Shown in pieces: positions 13,322 to 25,888 of a stretch of 64,000 nt of DNA (position 1 is the stretch's first letter; each line of letters begins with the position of its first letter). Origin of the DNA: Octopus sinensis. Lineage: Eukaryota. The notes beneath the pieces were generated by a model. That model was not told where the DNA came from. It made no database searches and worked only from the letters and a program-made list of their open reading frames with translations. The DNA lies in contig NW_021832128.1 of the NCBI RefSeq assembly GCF_006345805.1, positions 124,001 through 188,000 of the forward strand, in the 5' to 3' direction. The position numbers and the translations under genes were made by a program.

Positions 13322-14086
13322 ATGGATGTATATAAAGATAAAGAGATTAATAGAAAGAAGTTATTTATTGTCTCTAGTTCAGATTCCTTCTTTCAATGTA
13401 TGACTGAGCACAGTAACCTTAGATTGACCACTGGCCATTAAAGACACCTACACACCACAAATATGCACACACATACATTGCCATTGTGAACTTCATTATT
13501 TTAGTGGGGCATTGAAAACTGGTTTTATTTTATGAAAGAGCAAGTCAGTAGTATGTTACAAAACTTAAATTTTGAATTTAGGTTTAATTATAAAATTACA
13601 TCTCTCAACAGCTCAAAGCATTTTTTTTTTTCCAGCTTTAGAATTATTGATTTTATGCTCACATGCTTTCTTGAAACCGAATCTTTTTCTTTCTTTCTTT
13701 TTTCACTATTTTCGTTATTTTGTCAAATGAAATAACTACAGTGAAGTGGGGCAAAATTGGTAACTTGGACAAAATGAGTCATTATCAATTTCTTGTTACT
13801 TTCTTACTACCAGTTTGAAACCATTACATTGCAAGTATTACATTATCATTTTGTACTCTTGCATCATTGCAAGTAAATATTGGCCACCATTGTTGTTTTT
13901 GCAGTTGAGGCAGTTTCAAGCCATCAAGTAACAGGTACTTTATTGCCAAGAAAATTTCCCTCAATTTTGACCCAGTTGTAATTGAGGTTCCTAACAAAAT
14001 ATTTAGATAATTTTGGGTGTTCAACAATCCAAATTCTTTCCTGTGTTGGGTTCCAAGTCAATTTTTTCCCACACTAATTGCCTAAT

Positions 14087-14602
14087 TTGATCATTTTCAA
14101 ATTTCAAAAACTCATGTCTAAACTGAGGCAAAATGTGTAACGACTAATTTCAATATCTTCTGTTTAACTGCATGGTGCATAAATGTATGAGAAAGAGAGT
14201 CAGGTGGAATTCTGCTTTAAGTACTCCGTATCACATCTTATAACTTTTTCTAGTTTTTGGAATTTTCAGAAAAGTTTTGTGAATTTGTATTCTCACATGG
14301 GAATTCATATGACTATGAAAAAACAAAAACAGAAAATCTTTTTTTGTCTGATCTAAGGGTTATTTAGCTGTTACTTTTCGTACATCTCACAACCACCCGA
14401 TACCTTCCTTGTTTCTTTGTCACTTGACCCCAAGCTGGCCTATCTGCCTATCCACAGCTCAGAGAAGTTGTGGAAGTACCAACTAGTGAGGTACATGGGG
14501 CAGAACGTACTACCTGACTTGATCATTTTCAAATTTCAAAAACTGATGTCTAAACTGGAGCAAAATGTGTAATGACTAATTTCAATATCTTCTGTTTAAC
14601 TG
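14087..14602 (+). repeat. 84-bp direct repeat (14087-14170 and 14519-14602)
   Basis: TTGATCATTTTCAAATTTCAAAAACT..TCTTCTGTTTAACTG occurs twice. The second copy abuts the gypsy RT fragment. Confidence 0.85.
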
Positions 14603-17090
14603 AGTTTGCACCAAAGATCATGGCGAAGGTCTTTAAGGCAGTTTTGACCAAAGAGGCCAAAGTCAAGCAGGCTACCAGCTCATATGTCAATGATATCCTG
14701 GTAGATGAGAATGTGGGATTGGCTGAGGAAATCGTAGCTGACAACAATAACACTAGAGGCTATAGAAAGAGGTACTGCATTGGACCTCAGGCTTAAAAGA
14801 AACAAAGTGGGTAGGATTGTGTTTCACAGAGGAAACATGATCCTGGACCTAAATCAGGATATGAATAGGCGAGGGCTGTTCTCAATGTGTGAGAAGCCAG
14901 TGGGTCACTACTCTCTTTGCAGGATGGCTCCAAATGGCATGCAGCTATGTCAAAAGGCAAGTAGAAGGAGTGAACTGGAGTGATAAAGTGGGAGAGAAGA
15001 CTATGGCAATGATGTAAGAGGTCTTGGAGAGTGTGTGAGCAGAAGATCCAATGAAGAGTAGCTGGTATGTGCCTGACACAAAGAAAGGGATCATGTGGTG
15101 TGACATGAGCAGCATAACATTGGGAGTCATGCTAGAAATAGGAGGTGTTGAGGTGGAAGATGTGGCATGGCTTAGGAAGACGGACAACTGCAACCACATC
15201 AATGTAGCAGAACTGGATGCTGTGTTGAAGGGTGTCGACCTAGCACTGAAATGGGGACTGCAGACCATCGAGGTCTGACTGATTCTGCCACTGTGCGAGG
15301 GTGGGTGGAATCAGTGATCACCAACTGGAAGAGAATTTGCACAATAGATGCCACAGAAATGGTGATTAAGCATCACCTGGGAATCCCAAGTGACCTAGCA
15401 GCCAAGTTCAATTTGGAGTTGCATTTGGTTTTTGTGACCTCAGGAAAAAATAAGACGGACGTTCTAAACAAAGTGAAAAAGCATTGATTGAAAACAGCAG
15501 AGGATTTCCAAGTAGGGTAGCAGCGGTTTGTCAGCTGACGAGCACAGAACTAAGGAGGTTGCACAACATGCACCACATGGGGATTGACAGGATGTTTTTG
15601 GTTAGGACAGTCAACCCCGATGTCACCAGGGAGAGCATTTGGAGGACAGTGGGGAAATGCAACAGGTGCCAATCGATTGATCCTGCTCCAAGAACATACA
15701 AACCAAGATAGAAGAGGCTAGCCATTGACATGACGCACTATAGGGGAAAGGTGTACCTTTCAATGGTCGACTGTGGACTGGGACGAATGGCTAATGTGGA
15801 GAGAACCCAGGGTGGAGACTGCTGCCAAAGTCATGGAAGTGCTGAATGTGGTGTTCTTGGAAGATGAGCTATTGATGGACAGCAGGCTGGAGGTGTTCAA
15901 CAATGACTGTCTCCGCCACATTCTTCACTGCCGACACATTGATTGGGTTCCTACAGCCAGTCTTCATCATCGCCTGAATCTCCGGCCCCTCCCATCGGTG
16001 CTTCTACAATGACACTTGAGGTGGTTCGGTCATGCGGCCCGGCATCCAGAGAGTGAGCTGATTCGTGATGTCCTCCTCCCACCTCCACTTCCCAACTGGT
16101 GCAAACGCACGGGTGTAAACGCACGGACGGGCAGCTGAAGACCTGGGTAACAACGATAAAGGAGGACCTCTCTGAACTCTCAAGTCCGCAGGTGGTCGGT
16201 CTGCACAGATGGAACCACGAATGGTTCACTATCTCCAGTGACCTCGCACAGGGCTGCCATGGTTCGTGATGCCGTCAGGACCAGAGAAAAAGCCAGCTCA
16301 ACTTGCCCTGGGTGAACGCCATCACAAGTACAAGTACAAGTAAAAGAACAGTTTTTCACTCAGAGCAGCTGAGAGAGATACTTAAAAGGTGAAGCACATG
16401 ACACTTCTTCAGAGCTGCATACAAGCAAAGTGGAAACGGGATTGTGGAGCACAAACACCATACAATTAAAGCCATGGCTGAGAGGGGACGAATGTCCCCC
16501 ATGGAGGCAGTCTTCTGGTACAACATGTTGCTCAACATAGGGAAAGCCAAAGAGTTGATCCCACAAAGGGCCATATTCTGGTACAAATGGAGACACCCGA
16601 GCATGGTGCCGAAGCACCCAGAGGTAGAAGAGGTTACATCTGTGCAGGATGGAGATGAAGCGTGGGTGAAGCCCCTAAACGCTCAGTGCACAACACACTG
16701 GAAAGAAGGAAAGGTAACTGCAAGCAGTACTCCCAATAATGTATCAGTGGATGGAATGCTGTGTCACATCCTGAATATTTGAAGGGTGCTTAGCTCATCC
16801 AAAGGGGTGGGAGGAGTTGGCTCCGTGACCATACGGAGATCTCAAAGGGGATATCACTTCCCACCCCAGGTGGATGGACAATTAGGAAACAGAACAGGGA
16901 AATAATGATCTTTAGATCAGAGGGGCATGTGGTGGAAGGGTAACTGACCGGAAGGGAGTGGGAGAGACAGTGCATGGTAGAAGGGTAATTGACCAGAAAG
17001 GAGAGGGAGAGACAGAACAAGAAGACTGGAAGGGACAAGATAACATCATGTTGGTGAGCAACAAGGGAAGTTTCCCTCTTTTCTATGTGG
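14603..17090 (+). mobile_element. 5'-truncated gypsy pol (RT-RNase H-integrase) plus partial 3' LTR, related to the 3474-5414 family
   Basis: SYVNDILVDE (RT), WCDMSSITLGVMLE..NHINVAELDAVLKG (RNase H), HHMGIDRM..CNRCQSIDP (integrase zinc finger) and RMSPMEAVFWYN, which is shared with 4684-4995. LTR-like start TGTGG at ~16925. Confidence 0.8.
15885..16345 (+). mobile_element. 3' fragment of an RTE-clade LINE with a (CAAGTA)n tail, inserted in the gypsy integrase
   Basis: RLEVFNNDCLRHIL..LRWFGHAARHPESELIRDVLLP..GQLKTWVTTIKEDL..MVRDAV..SSTCPG*, followed by CACAAGTACAAGTACAAGTA. Confidence 0.8.
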
Positions 17091-17744
17091 TCAACGGTAG
17101 AGGCCGGACATGATGTGAAGAGATCAGTCGAGTCAATATGTGATAACAACTGAACAATCTGCTGGTGGTACCTGATTACCTTTAAACCACAGGCTAAATA
17201 TCTGGAAAATATTTTTTTCCTTGCATCATTTTCATTTATGACTCTTGTCATTGGGTCTATGAAAGATAAATGACTGAAATCCGCAAATTTTGAAGGGTTT
17301 TATTTATTCTGCACAATTTCTGAAAAAAATTAATTTTAACTTTTGTAAAATCTTCAAATCTTGAGGAATTTCATTTATTTATTTTATCTAAGATCAAATT
17401 TTAAATCCACTCATCACAAATTACAAAATAAAGGTGATCATAATTTCAATTGGAGAGCTATAATTTTGTGTGTGAGCATGGCATATGGAGATTTCTAATG
17501 AATTTTTTTCTTTTTCTCTCTAAATCTCAACTTTTCACACCTATTTCAATGTTGATGTCAAGCCACAAATTATTTTCGTGTTGTGTATACAGTATATAAA
17601 AATAACAAATAATTTGTACGGAAATATTACCCAATCAAAATTGTATTGAATTATGGTTGAGTCATAACGAACCGCCCACTTTCTATCTCTCTCTCTCTTC
17701 TCCCTCTCCTCTCTCTCTCTCTCCTCTCCACCCTCTCTCTCCTT

Positions 17745-17957
17745 TCACTTGGCTTGCCGGGTCTTCTCACACACAGCATATTTCCAAAGGTCTCGGTCAC
17801 TAGTCATTTCCTCAGTGAGTCCTAATGTTCAATGGTCATGCTTCACCACTCATCCCAGGTCTTCTTGGATCTAGCTCTTCCACAAGTTCCCTCAACTGCT
17901 AGGGTGTGGCACTTTTTCACACAGCTATCCTCATGTACTCTCGCCACATGACCATAC

Positions 17958-17962
<5 letters not shown>
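17745..17962 (-). mobile_element. 3' fragment of the RTE family seen at 21389-24638 and 25889-28296
   Basis: WYGHVARVHEDSCVKKCHTLAVEGTCGRARSKKTWDE. Confidence 0.8.
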
Positions 17963-17994
<32 letters not shown>

Positions 17995-18179
17995 TTTTAT
18001 AATAAATCAATCTCTGTTTCAACATCTCTCCATTTTTTTAATACTTGTTTATGGTATATTCTTATACCTATAAAGAATCTCCGCAAATATCACCTTTTTT
18101 CTCTTTTTGGATCCCCCAAAAAGTTTGAATTGTTCTTTTTGAACTTACCTTTTCTCATATATGGATATATATATATATA

Positions 18180-18590
18180 TAATACAAATAAGAAAATGGA
18201 GAAACAAATTCAGTTTGTTCATCAACTTACGGATATTATAGTGCTAGATTATTTATTCATTTTACAAATGAGAACATCAAAAGCATACTAAATATTATAT
18301 AAATCAATAAATAATATAATATGAATACAGATTTTAAAAGTCATATTATAAATTATTGAAATCCATAAACTACTTCTTACAGCTGTTTCAGCCTATGGTC
18401 AAAAGTGAGTCCAATTTACATTGCCGATAGATATCAATATATTAGGGTTGTAGGCATTTAAACAATATAATACATATATGTTAAAAGAACCATAGGCCTC
18501 ATCAGAGGATATAATTAACTGGCGATGTGGATTTCCACCTCGGCATCCGAAACTCAGAGTTTTATCTTGGCTTCCGAATAATTGTCACAT
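18180..18590 (-). mobile_element. Penelope-like terminal-repeat fragment containing a hammerhead motif
   Basis: Homologous to 33950-34250 (+). Its 5' part also resembles 30685-30755. The Penelope assignment rests on the HHR type, not on a coding match. Confidence 0.55.
18373..18512 (-). ncRNA. Type I hammerhead ribozyme motif with long loop II
   Basis: Minus strand: ATATCCT-CTGATGA-G-GCCTATGGTT-(87 nt)-GACCATAGGC-T-GAAA-C-AGCT-GTA-AGAAG. Intact core, 10-bp stem II, palindromic stem III ACAGCTGT, weak stem I. Confidence 0.7.
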
Positions 18591-18597
18591 ATTATAT

Positions 18598-18646
<49 letters not shown>

Positions 18647-18654
18647 ACATATTA

Positions 18655-18688
<34 letters not shown>

Positions 18689-18689
18689 C

Positions 18690-19855
18690 CTCCCGTCTGT
18701 CTTGATAGACAATGGGTCGCGCCAAGGGTGGGGCCTACTTTGATGATGAGCAGCGTCTGCTGTGACTGAACAGTCCAATTCTGAGTGGCAGTCCCTGGTA
18801 CAGTTGCTGCACACGAACATCGATGGGTACGTGTGGGGTGTTGCTGCAGTTGTCCTCCTCCTGTCCCGCCTGTCCGACCACAGCTGTGCTCTCCTTTCCT
18901 CAGCCATGGAAACGCCTTTCCTCACTGTCCGACGCCAGGCAGAGCGGTCAGCAGCTGTTACCTCCCACATGTCCACACAGATGTTGGCAGTCCTCAGGTT
19001 GCGCTTGCACACATCCCTGTATCGTAGCTGTGGACATCCCTTAGGTCGGGATCCTGTGGTGAGTTCGCTGTACAGGATGTCTTTAGGCATGCGACCGTCC
19101 TGCATGCGGCAGACGTGTCTGAGCCAGCGCAGTCGTCTCCGCACGAGGAGGGCATGCATGCTTGGCATATTAGTCTGTTCTAGGATGACTCCGTTTGGTA
19201 CTCGGTCCTTCCAGGAGATGCCTAGGATCCGTCGAAGACACCGCATGTGGAAGCCGCTGAGGCGGCATTCTTGCCGGGTGTATGTTGTCCAGCTCTCACT
19301 GCCGTAGAATAGGGTCTTCAGCACGCAGGCTCGGTACACTGCGATCTTGGTGGTTATTGTGAGCATGTTGTTTTCCCACACTCTCCTGGAGAGCTTAGCC
19401 ATGGCAGCAGCAGCCTTCCCAATCCATCTGTTCAGCTCCGGCTCGAGGGACAGGCTGCTGGAGACCGTCGATCCCAGGTAAGTGAACTCGTTCACCACCT
19501 GCAAGCTGTGGTCGCCGACACTGATGCTGGGGACCCCTCCGATGTCCTGGCCCATGATCTCTGTCTTTTTCAGGCCGATGGTAAGGCCGAACTCTTGGTA
19601 GGCATCCGCCAGGGAGCTGACCAGCCTCTGGAGACCCGGCTGGTTGTGTGATGTTAGGGCGGCATCGTCAGCAAAGAGGATCTCTCTGATCAGCACCTGA
19701 CGGACTTTGGTCTTAGCTCTGAGGTGCGCAAGATTGAACAATCCACCATCAGCCCTGGTGTGGAGGAACACTCCGTCGTCGGATGTTCTGAAGGCATAGG
19801 ACAGGACAAGGGAGAAGAAAATTCCGAAGAGCGTCGGTGCCAGAACGCAACCCTG
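18690..19855 (-). mobile_element. 5'-truncated RTE/BovB-like LINE with a nearly intact RT C-terminal ORF, embedded in (TA)n
   Basis: QGCVLAPTLFGIFFS..GVFLHTRADGGLFNL..LFADDAAL..FTYLGS..YGSESW..LRWLRHVCRM..CSNCTRDCHS. GC-rich, with TA repeats on both sides. Confidence 0.9.
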
Positions 19856-19910
19856 TTATATATATATATGTATATATATATATGTATGTATATATATATA
19901 TATATGTATG

Positions 19911-19956
<46 letters not shown>

Positions 19957-20056
19957 ATATATATGTATGTATATATATTCAAAATGTGACCGCATGTGTA
20001 CCGTTGGTGATTTTTTTTCCTCCGTCTTCCCTTCTTTGGATCTTTCCTTTTCCTAT

Positions 20057-20091
20057 GTTTCTGACGAAGAGCTCCACTCGAGACGTTAAAT
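20057..20091 (+). ncRNA. Degenerate minimal hammerhead motif (PLE-type)
   Basis: GTTT-CTGACGA-A-GAG-CTCCA-CTC-GAGA-CGTT-AAAT. GAAA is mutated to GAGA. Confidence 0.5.
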
Positions 20092-21224
20092 CCTCCTTCT
20101 TTCTTTCCTTTTCTGAGCGTCCAATAACACTATACTTGTTCCACGTCATCGCCTTGTTGTGTTTTCATGTTTGAATTAACTTTATATACCGCACGCTCAC
20201 ACGGACCCCAGCCTTCTGACTGACTTGGATAACCAATTCCTGAATTTTACACCTACAGTTTACTGTTACCATTCATCCAGAGTATGCCACTGTAATCGTG
20301 ATTGGAAATCAAAAAATTTGTCCATGACTCTTCTACTTTTCCTCGTCCTCTGTTTACCTTTCTTCTTCTACTTCCCCTTTTCTACTTGTGTCGCGACCAT
20401 TTACACCTACACAGCCATTCACACCTTTTCACCATGCCTGACTTGCACTCCTTCCTCCAACACCTTCAATCCTTTCTTTGCCGTTTTCTTGCCTCTTTCT
20501 CCCCCAATGCTTGCAACCCGCAAAAAAACTCTCTCACTTTTTAAAAAAACTCGCCACTCTAGCCATCTCTCCTTTCTTAGCTGTTGCCTCCGCCAGCACA
20601 TCACACCCAGTGGTTTCCTCTTGAAGTTCCATGCCACCCCCTTATTCCTCCACCCTCATCGAACCCACCTTCGCCCGCACGTCCCGCCTCCTCATCCGTG
20701 ACACCATCCGTTCCACCTGCTCCCTCCTTCACTCTCTTGACCACCAACTTCCCCAGGCTTACTTCCTCCTCTCCTCCCTCTGCCCTCCACCCTTCACCCA
20801 ACCCATTCTCTGCTTCATTCTTAATCTCAACCACCAACTCCAAATGTTCCTCACACACACAAAAAACAAAAAACTCCACCACCTCCTCAACCCTTCACAT
20901 CCTTCCCCTCCCACACCCCTACACACTCCCCAACTCAATCCAATCTCGCACCCACCACAACCTTCCCCCCTGCACACACCACAGACCCACACACATCCTA
21001 CCCTGACTTTCCCACCCTACCCCATCTTCACCCAACCATTCCAACCCTCCTCCCCACACCTCTGCACCCCCTCTTCCTGACCCCACTCACCCCACCACTC
21101 TGCTCCCTTGCACTGTTGTCACTATATCATCTGACCTCCCCCCCATTCAAAATGTGACCGCGTGTGTACCATTGGCGATTTTTTTTTCTCCGTTTTCCCT
21201 TCCTTGGGTCTTTCCTTTTCCTAT

Positions 21225-21260
21225 GTTTCTGACAAAGAGCTCCGCTCAAAACGTTAAATC
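21225..21260 (+). ncRNA. Degenerate minimal hammerhead motif (PLE-type)
   Basis: GTTT-CTGACAA-A-GAG-CTCCG-CTC-AAAA-CGTT-AAAT. G8>A and G12>A. Confidence 0.45.
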
Positions 21261-21357
21261 CTCCTTCTTTCTTTCCTTTCCTGAGCGTCCAATAACACTA
21301 TACTTGTTCCACATCCTCGCGTTGTTGTGTTTTCTCTTTGTGTTTTCAGGTTTGGAT

Positions 21358-21388
<31 letters not shown>

Positions 21389-24300
21389 CCATCATCATCA
21401 TCATCATCACCATCGTTTAACGTCCGTTTTCCGCGCGGTTGGACGGTTCGACCGGGGTCTGGGAAGCCAGAGGCTGCTCCAGGCTCCAGTCTGATCTGGC
21501 AGAGTTTCTACGGCTGGATGCCCTTCCTAACGCCAACCACTCCGCGAGTGTAGTGGGTACTTTTTACGTGCCACCTGCACAGGTGCTGGGGGGGGGGTCC
21601 GGCATTGGTCACGATCGGTTGGAGCTTTTAACGTGCCAGCGGCACGGAAGCCAGCATAGCTGGCAACGTTCGGATGGTCTTTTTATGTGCCACCGGCACA
21701 GGAGCCAGTCGGGGCGGGGCTGGCATCGGCCACATTCGGATGGTGCTTTTTATGTGCCACGGGCACAGGCATCACAACTACTATTTCCATTGATATTTAT
21801 TTCGACGTTCATGTTCATGTACTTGACTCAACAGGTCTCCTCAAGCACAGCGGGATGTTCTGGGATCCAGGATACTTTGAATGGGCAGGGGCTATGCAGA
21901 ACTGATGCAGGAAGCAGCCCGGGTCTTTGCAGTCACAGCATATCTCCAGAGATCTCGGTCCTTCGCCATTGCCTCAGTGAGGCCCAACACTCTGAGGTCA
22001 TGCTTGACTACCTCATCCCATGTCTTCCTGGGTCTACCTCTCCCCCTGATACCTTCAACTGTTTGGGAGTGGCACTTCTTCACACATCTCTCCTCATCCA
22101 TCCGCAGCACATGACTATACCATTGCAAGCGTCGCTCTTGCACACCACATCTGATGCTTCTTATATCCAGCATTTCTCTCAGGGTGCTTACACTCTGTCG
22201 TGCGTGCACACTGACATTACACATCCAGCGGATCATGCTAGCTTCATTTCTTTCAAGTCTACGCATGTCCTCTGCAGTCACAGCCCATGTTTCACTACCG
22301 TGAAGCATGGCAGTTCGCACACATGCATCATACAATCTACCTTTCGCTCTGAGGGAGAGACCCTTTGTCGCCAGTAGGGGTAGGAGCTTTCTGAACTTTG
22401 CCCAGGCTATTCGTATTCTAGTGGTGATACTCTCTGTGCATCCACCTCTACTACTAACTTGGTCATCCAGGTAGCGGAAACTATCAACTACTTCTAGTTT
22501 CTCTCCCTGGAGTGTGATGGAATCTGTTTTCTGAGTGTCTGTGGTGTCTATTGTCCCTGTGCATCTGCCGCACATGAAAGCTATCTTATCTGTTGATTTC
22601 CCTTTAATGTTGCTGCACCTCTTGTGCATCCATAGCTTACATTGGGTGCATCTTATGGAGTTTCTACCTACACCTTTCCTACAGATCGAGCAGGGCCACC
22701 TGCCCGAGGGGGTGTGTGCTGAGTTTGCCTTTCTGCTTACTATAACTCTGGTCTTTGCTACATTTACTCTAAGGCTCTTTGATTCTAACCCTTGCTTCCA
22801 CACCCGAAATTTCTTTTCTAGTTCCGGTGGTGATTCTGCTATGAGAGCCAGGTCATCAGCATAGAGGAGCTCCCAGGGGCATCCTGTTTTGAATTCCTCT
22901 GTTATTGCCTGGAGGACTATGATGAATAAAAGGGGACTGAGGGCTGAGCCTTGGTGCACACCTACTTCTACCCGGAATTCTTCACTATATTCGTTGCCAA
23001 TCCTAACCTTGCTGACAGCCTCTCTGTATAGAGCCTGTACAGCCCTTATTAGCCATTCGTCAATCTCCAGTTTCTGCATCGACACCAGATAAGGGAACGG
23101 GGAACCCTGTCAAAGGCTTTCTCCAAGTCCACAAAAGCTATGTAGAGGGGTTTATCTTTAGCTAGGTACTTCTCCTGCAGTTGTTGGACCAGGATATAGC
23201 ATCAGTGGTGCTTCTATCCCACGGCAAAAAATCGAACTGCATTTCATCTAAGCAAATTCTCTCCCTAATGAGATGGGTTATGACCCTCTCTATGACCTTC
23301 ATCACCTGATCCAACAGTTTAATACCCCTGTATTATTTCTATCTAGAGCATCACCCTTACCCTTGTAGCAGTTGACTATGGTGCTGCTACGCCAGTCATT
23401 GGGTATGACTCCATTGTGAACTACCTGGTTTACAATGCGGGTGACTAGGCCATAGCCCACATAGCCAGCTGTTTTAAGCATCCCAGCAGTGATTCCAGAT
23501 GGGCTGGGGGGGGGGCTTTACCTGTTTTCATATCCTTAATTGCTTAACTACACAGGGAGCTGTCTATTCGGATAGCTGGTCCCTCTACTGGGTCAACATT
23601 TGGCAGGCTCTCCTCCTCCCATTCATTCTCCTCATTCAGCAGTCTTTCATAATGGCTTCTCCAAGCCTCTTTCTTTTCACTAACAGTAAAAGCAAGTGCC
23701 CCATCATCCATGCGGACACATTTCTCTCCTGTAACATCACTATTTTCTCTGACACACTGTCTGGCAATCCGAAATACCTCAGCTCTTTGGTCCTCACGTC
23801 GCTGGACATTGGCAAACTTCTTCTTTCTTTCTTCTGCTACATCTTTGGCTATGTATACCTGCCGCCCAGCCCCCCCTTTTGGCTACCTGGTACAGTTCCC
23901 TGCTACCCCCCCTCCCTCCAGGCTTTCCGGCCTGTCTCTTTGCACTAATGGCTTTGTCTACTGCACTATTCCACCACCACGTAACTCTAGGTCTGGAAGG
24001 GACTTTGCACCATCCACAGACTTGGTCTGTGGCACTCAGCAAGCTGTCCCGTAGGAATTCCCAGCTACCTTCTATGTCTGACGTCTGAAGCTCCTCCTCC
24101 CTCTCATCAAATTTCTTGATGAGTATGTCCCTAAATCTCTGACCATGTGAAGGGGTCTTTAGCTTCCAAATCCTTCTTTTCTGGATTGGTTTGTTTCTTA
24201 GAGTCCTTCTGGCCTCAAGCTTAAAGTCACTGATGATTAGTCTATGCTGAGGGATACATTCTTCACCTGGGAGGGTCTTTGTATTCAAGAGCGACCCTGC

Positions 24301-24638
24301 ATCCCGCTGTCTGGTGAGGATGAAGTCTATTTGGCTAGCGGAGACTCCTGACTGATAGGTTATAAGGTGACAGTCAGGCTTCTTGAAGTTAGTGTTGCAG
24401 ATTAAAAGGTTACATGCATCACAGAATTCCAGTAGTCTAGTTCCCTCATCATTTCTGGTGCCAATACCATGGTCACCGTGTACCCCAGTGAAGATACCTG
24501 ATTCCCACCCAACATGCCCATTAAAATCTCCACCCACAAAGATGAGGTCCTTGCCACTAGTCTTTGAAGTAGCCTGTAGAAGGGTATCATAAAAGTGGTC
24601 TTTCTGATCATTTGGTAGTCCCGCTTGTGGGGCATCCA
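21389..24638 (-). mobile_element. RTE LINE (endonuclease C-half, RT, PHD-like insert, 3' UTR, (GAT)n tail), 5'-truncated and frameshifted
   Basis: [40 protein letters not shown] (APE). VGVHQGSALSPLLF..LYADDL..FRYL (RT). (ATC)n at 21389-21417. Confidence 0.92.
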
Positions 24639-24667
24639 TATATATATATATATGGATATATACATAT

Positions 24668-24746
<79 letters not shown>

Positions 24747-24755
24747 TACCCATAT

Positions 24756-24818
<63 letters not shown>

Positions 24819-24990
24819 AATATATATATACATATATATATGGTTATATATATAGATATATTTCTATATTTATCTATATATGGTTTTATATATATATAAT
24901 GGATATATATATAATTATGGATATATATGTATATGGTTTATATATATAGATATATAAATATATGGATATATATATATATATATATGGATA
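24639..24990. repeat. (TA)n microsatellite with interspersed GGATA variants
   Basis: Direct reading. Other (TA)n tracts at ~18590-18688, 19858-19977, 25660-25730, 30485-30600 and 58741-58909. Confidence 0.97.
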
Positions 24991-25675
24991 TGTAGTGAAT
25001 CTTGCATGCATGAAGTGGATTTGATCCACCATAGCCAAATTTAAATTAACACTGCAACAGAACTGTTCACATGATGGAACAATGGTTTTTCTCTGACAGC
25101 AGTTTAACATTTTCCAGATGCCTTTAGCTAGGCCAAAATAATGATTTCACTACTTGACCCTTTCTAATCTCCTAAAGCTAGAATAGAGATAACAAGACCA
25201 CCAACTAAATCTATTGTTCTCAATGATATATCTATCCTTCTGGATCTTTATATAAGCAAGCACACCCCAAGCAAAATCAGTTAGTGACTTGTAGACATCT
25301 GAACGAGGCAGCTCGTGACAGCTCATGACGACTCAATTAGTTAAGGAAAGGACTGCTAGAATCATGATCACAAGGAGTACCTCTACTAAATTTAATGGTC
25401 AGCAGGAGTAATAAAAATTACTGTCAGCAGCTGTGAGACAACACCCTACAATTCTCTCTAGCTCTAATTCTGTTCTCTTACAACATCATTCTATCTGTCT
25501 CTGCAATTACTACTAAACAATGAAGAGGACACAAACACAAACCATTTTTGAACTTGGCATACTAATCACAAGTGGTTCTTTCAGCTATGGCACCCTCTCC
25601 ATACACAACATTAAATATATGTGTAATGCATATATTTATATATTTTTTATATATCAATATATATATATATATATA

Positions 25676-25733
<58 letters not shown>

Positions 25734-25888
25734 TAGGTATAACACATACATTCATGTACATACACAAACATTATATATAATAAGCACATACAAACACCCA
25801 TATACATATATATATACACATACACACGCATACACATGCATATATATATATTTGTATACATATATATATATATATGTGTGTGTGTGTG

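Larger units (their letters stand above)
19978..21360 (+). mobile_element. Internally deleted Penelope-like element with two ~190-bp direct terminal repeats
   Basis: 19978-20170 matches 21146-21340. The interior encodes a PLE N-terminus-like SHLSFLSCCLRQHITPSGFLLKFH..HTKNKKLHHL. Each repeat carries a degenerate minimal hammerhead. Confidence 0.7.

Noticed and set aside
17166-17200. Possible minus-strand micro-exon (TTTTCCAG..AAAG|GTAATC)
   Set aside because: Weak polypyrimidine tract and no partner exons, so it cannot be supported.
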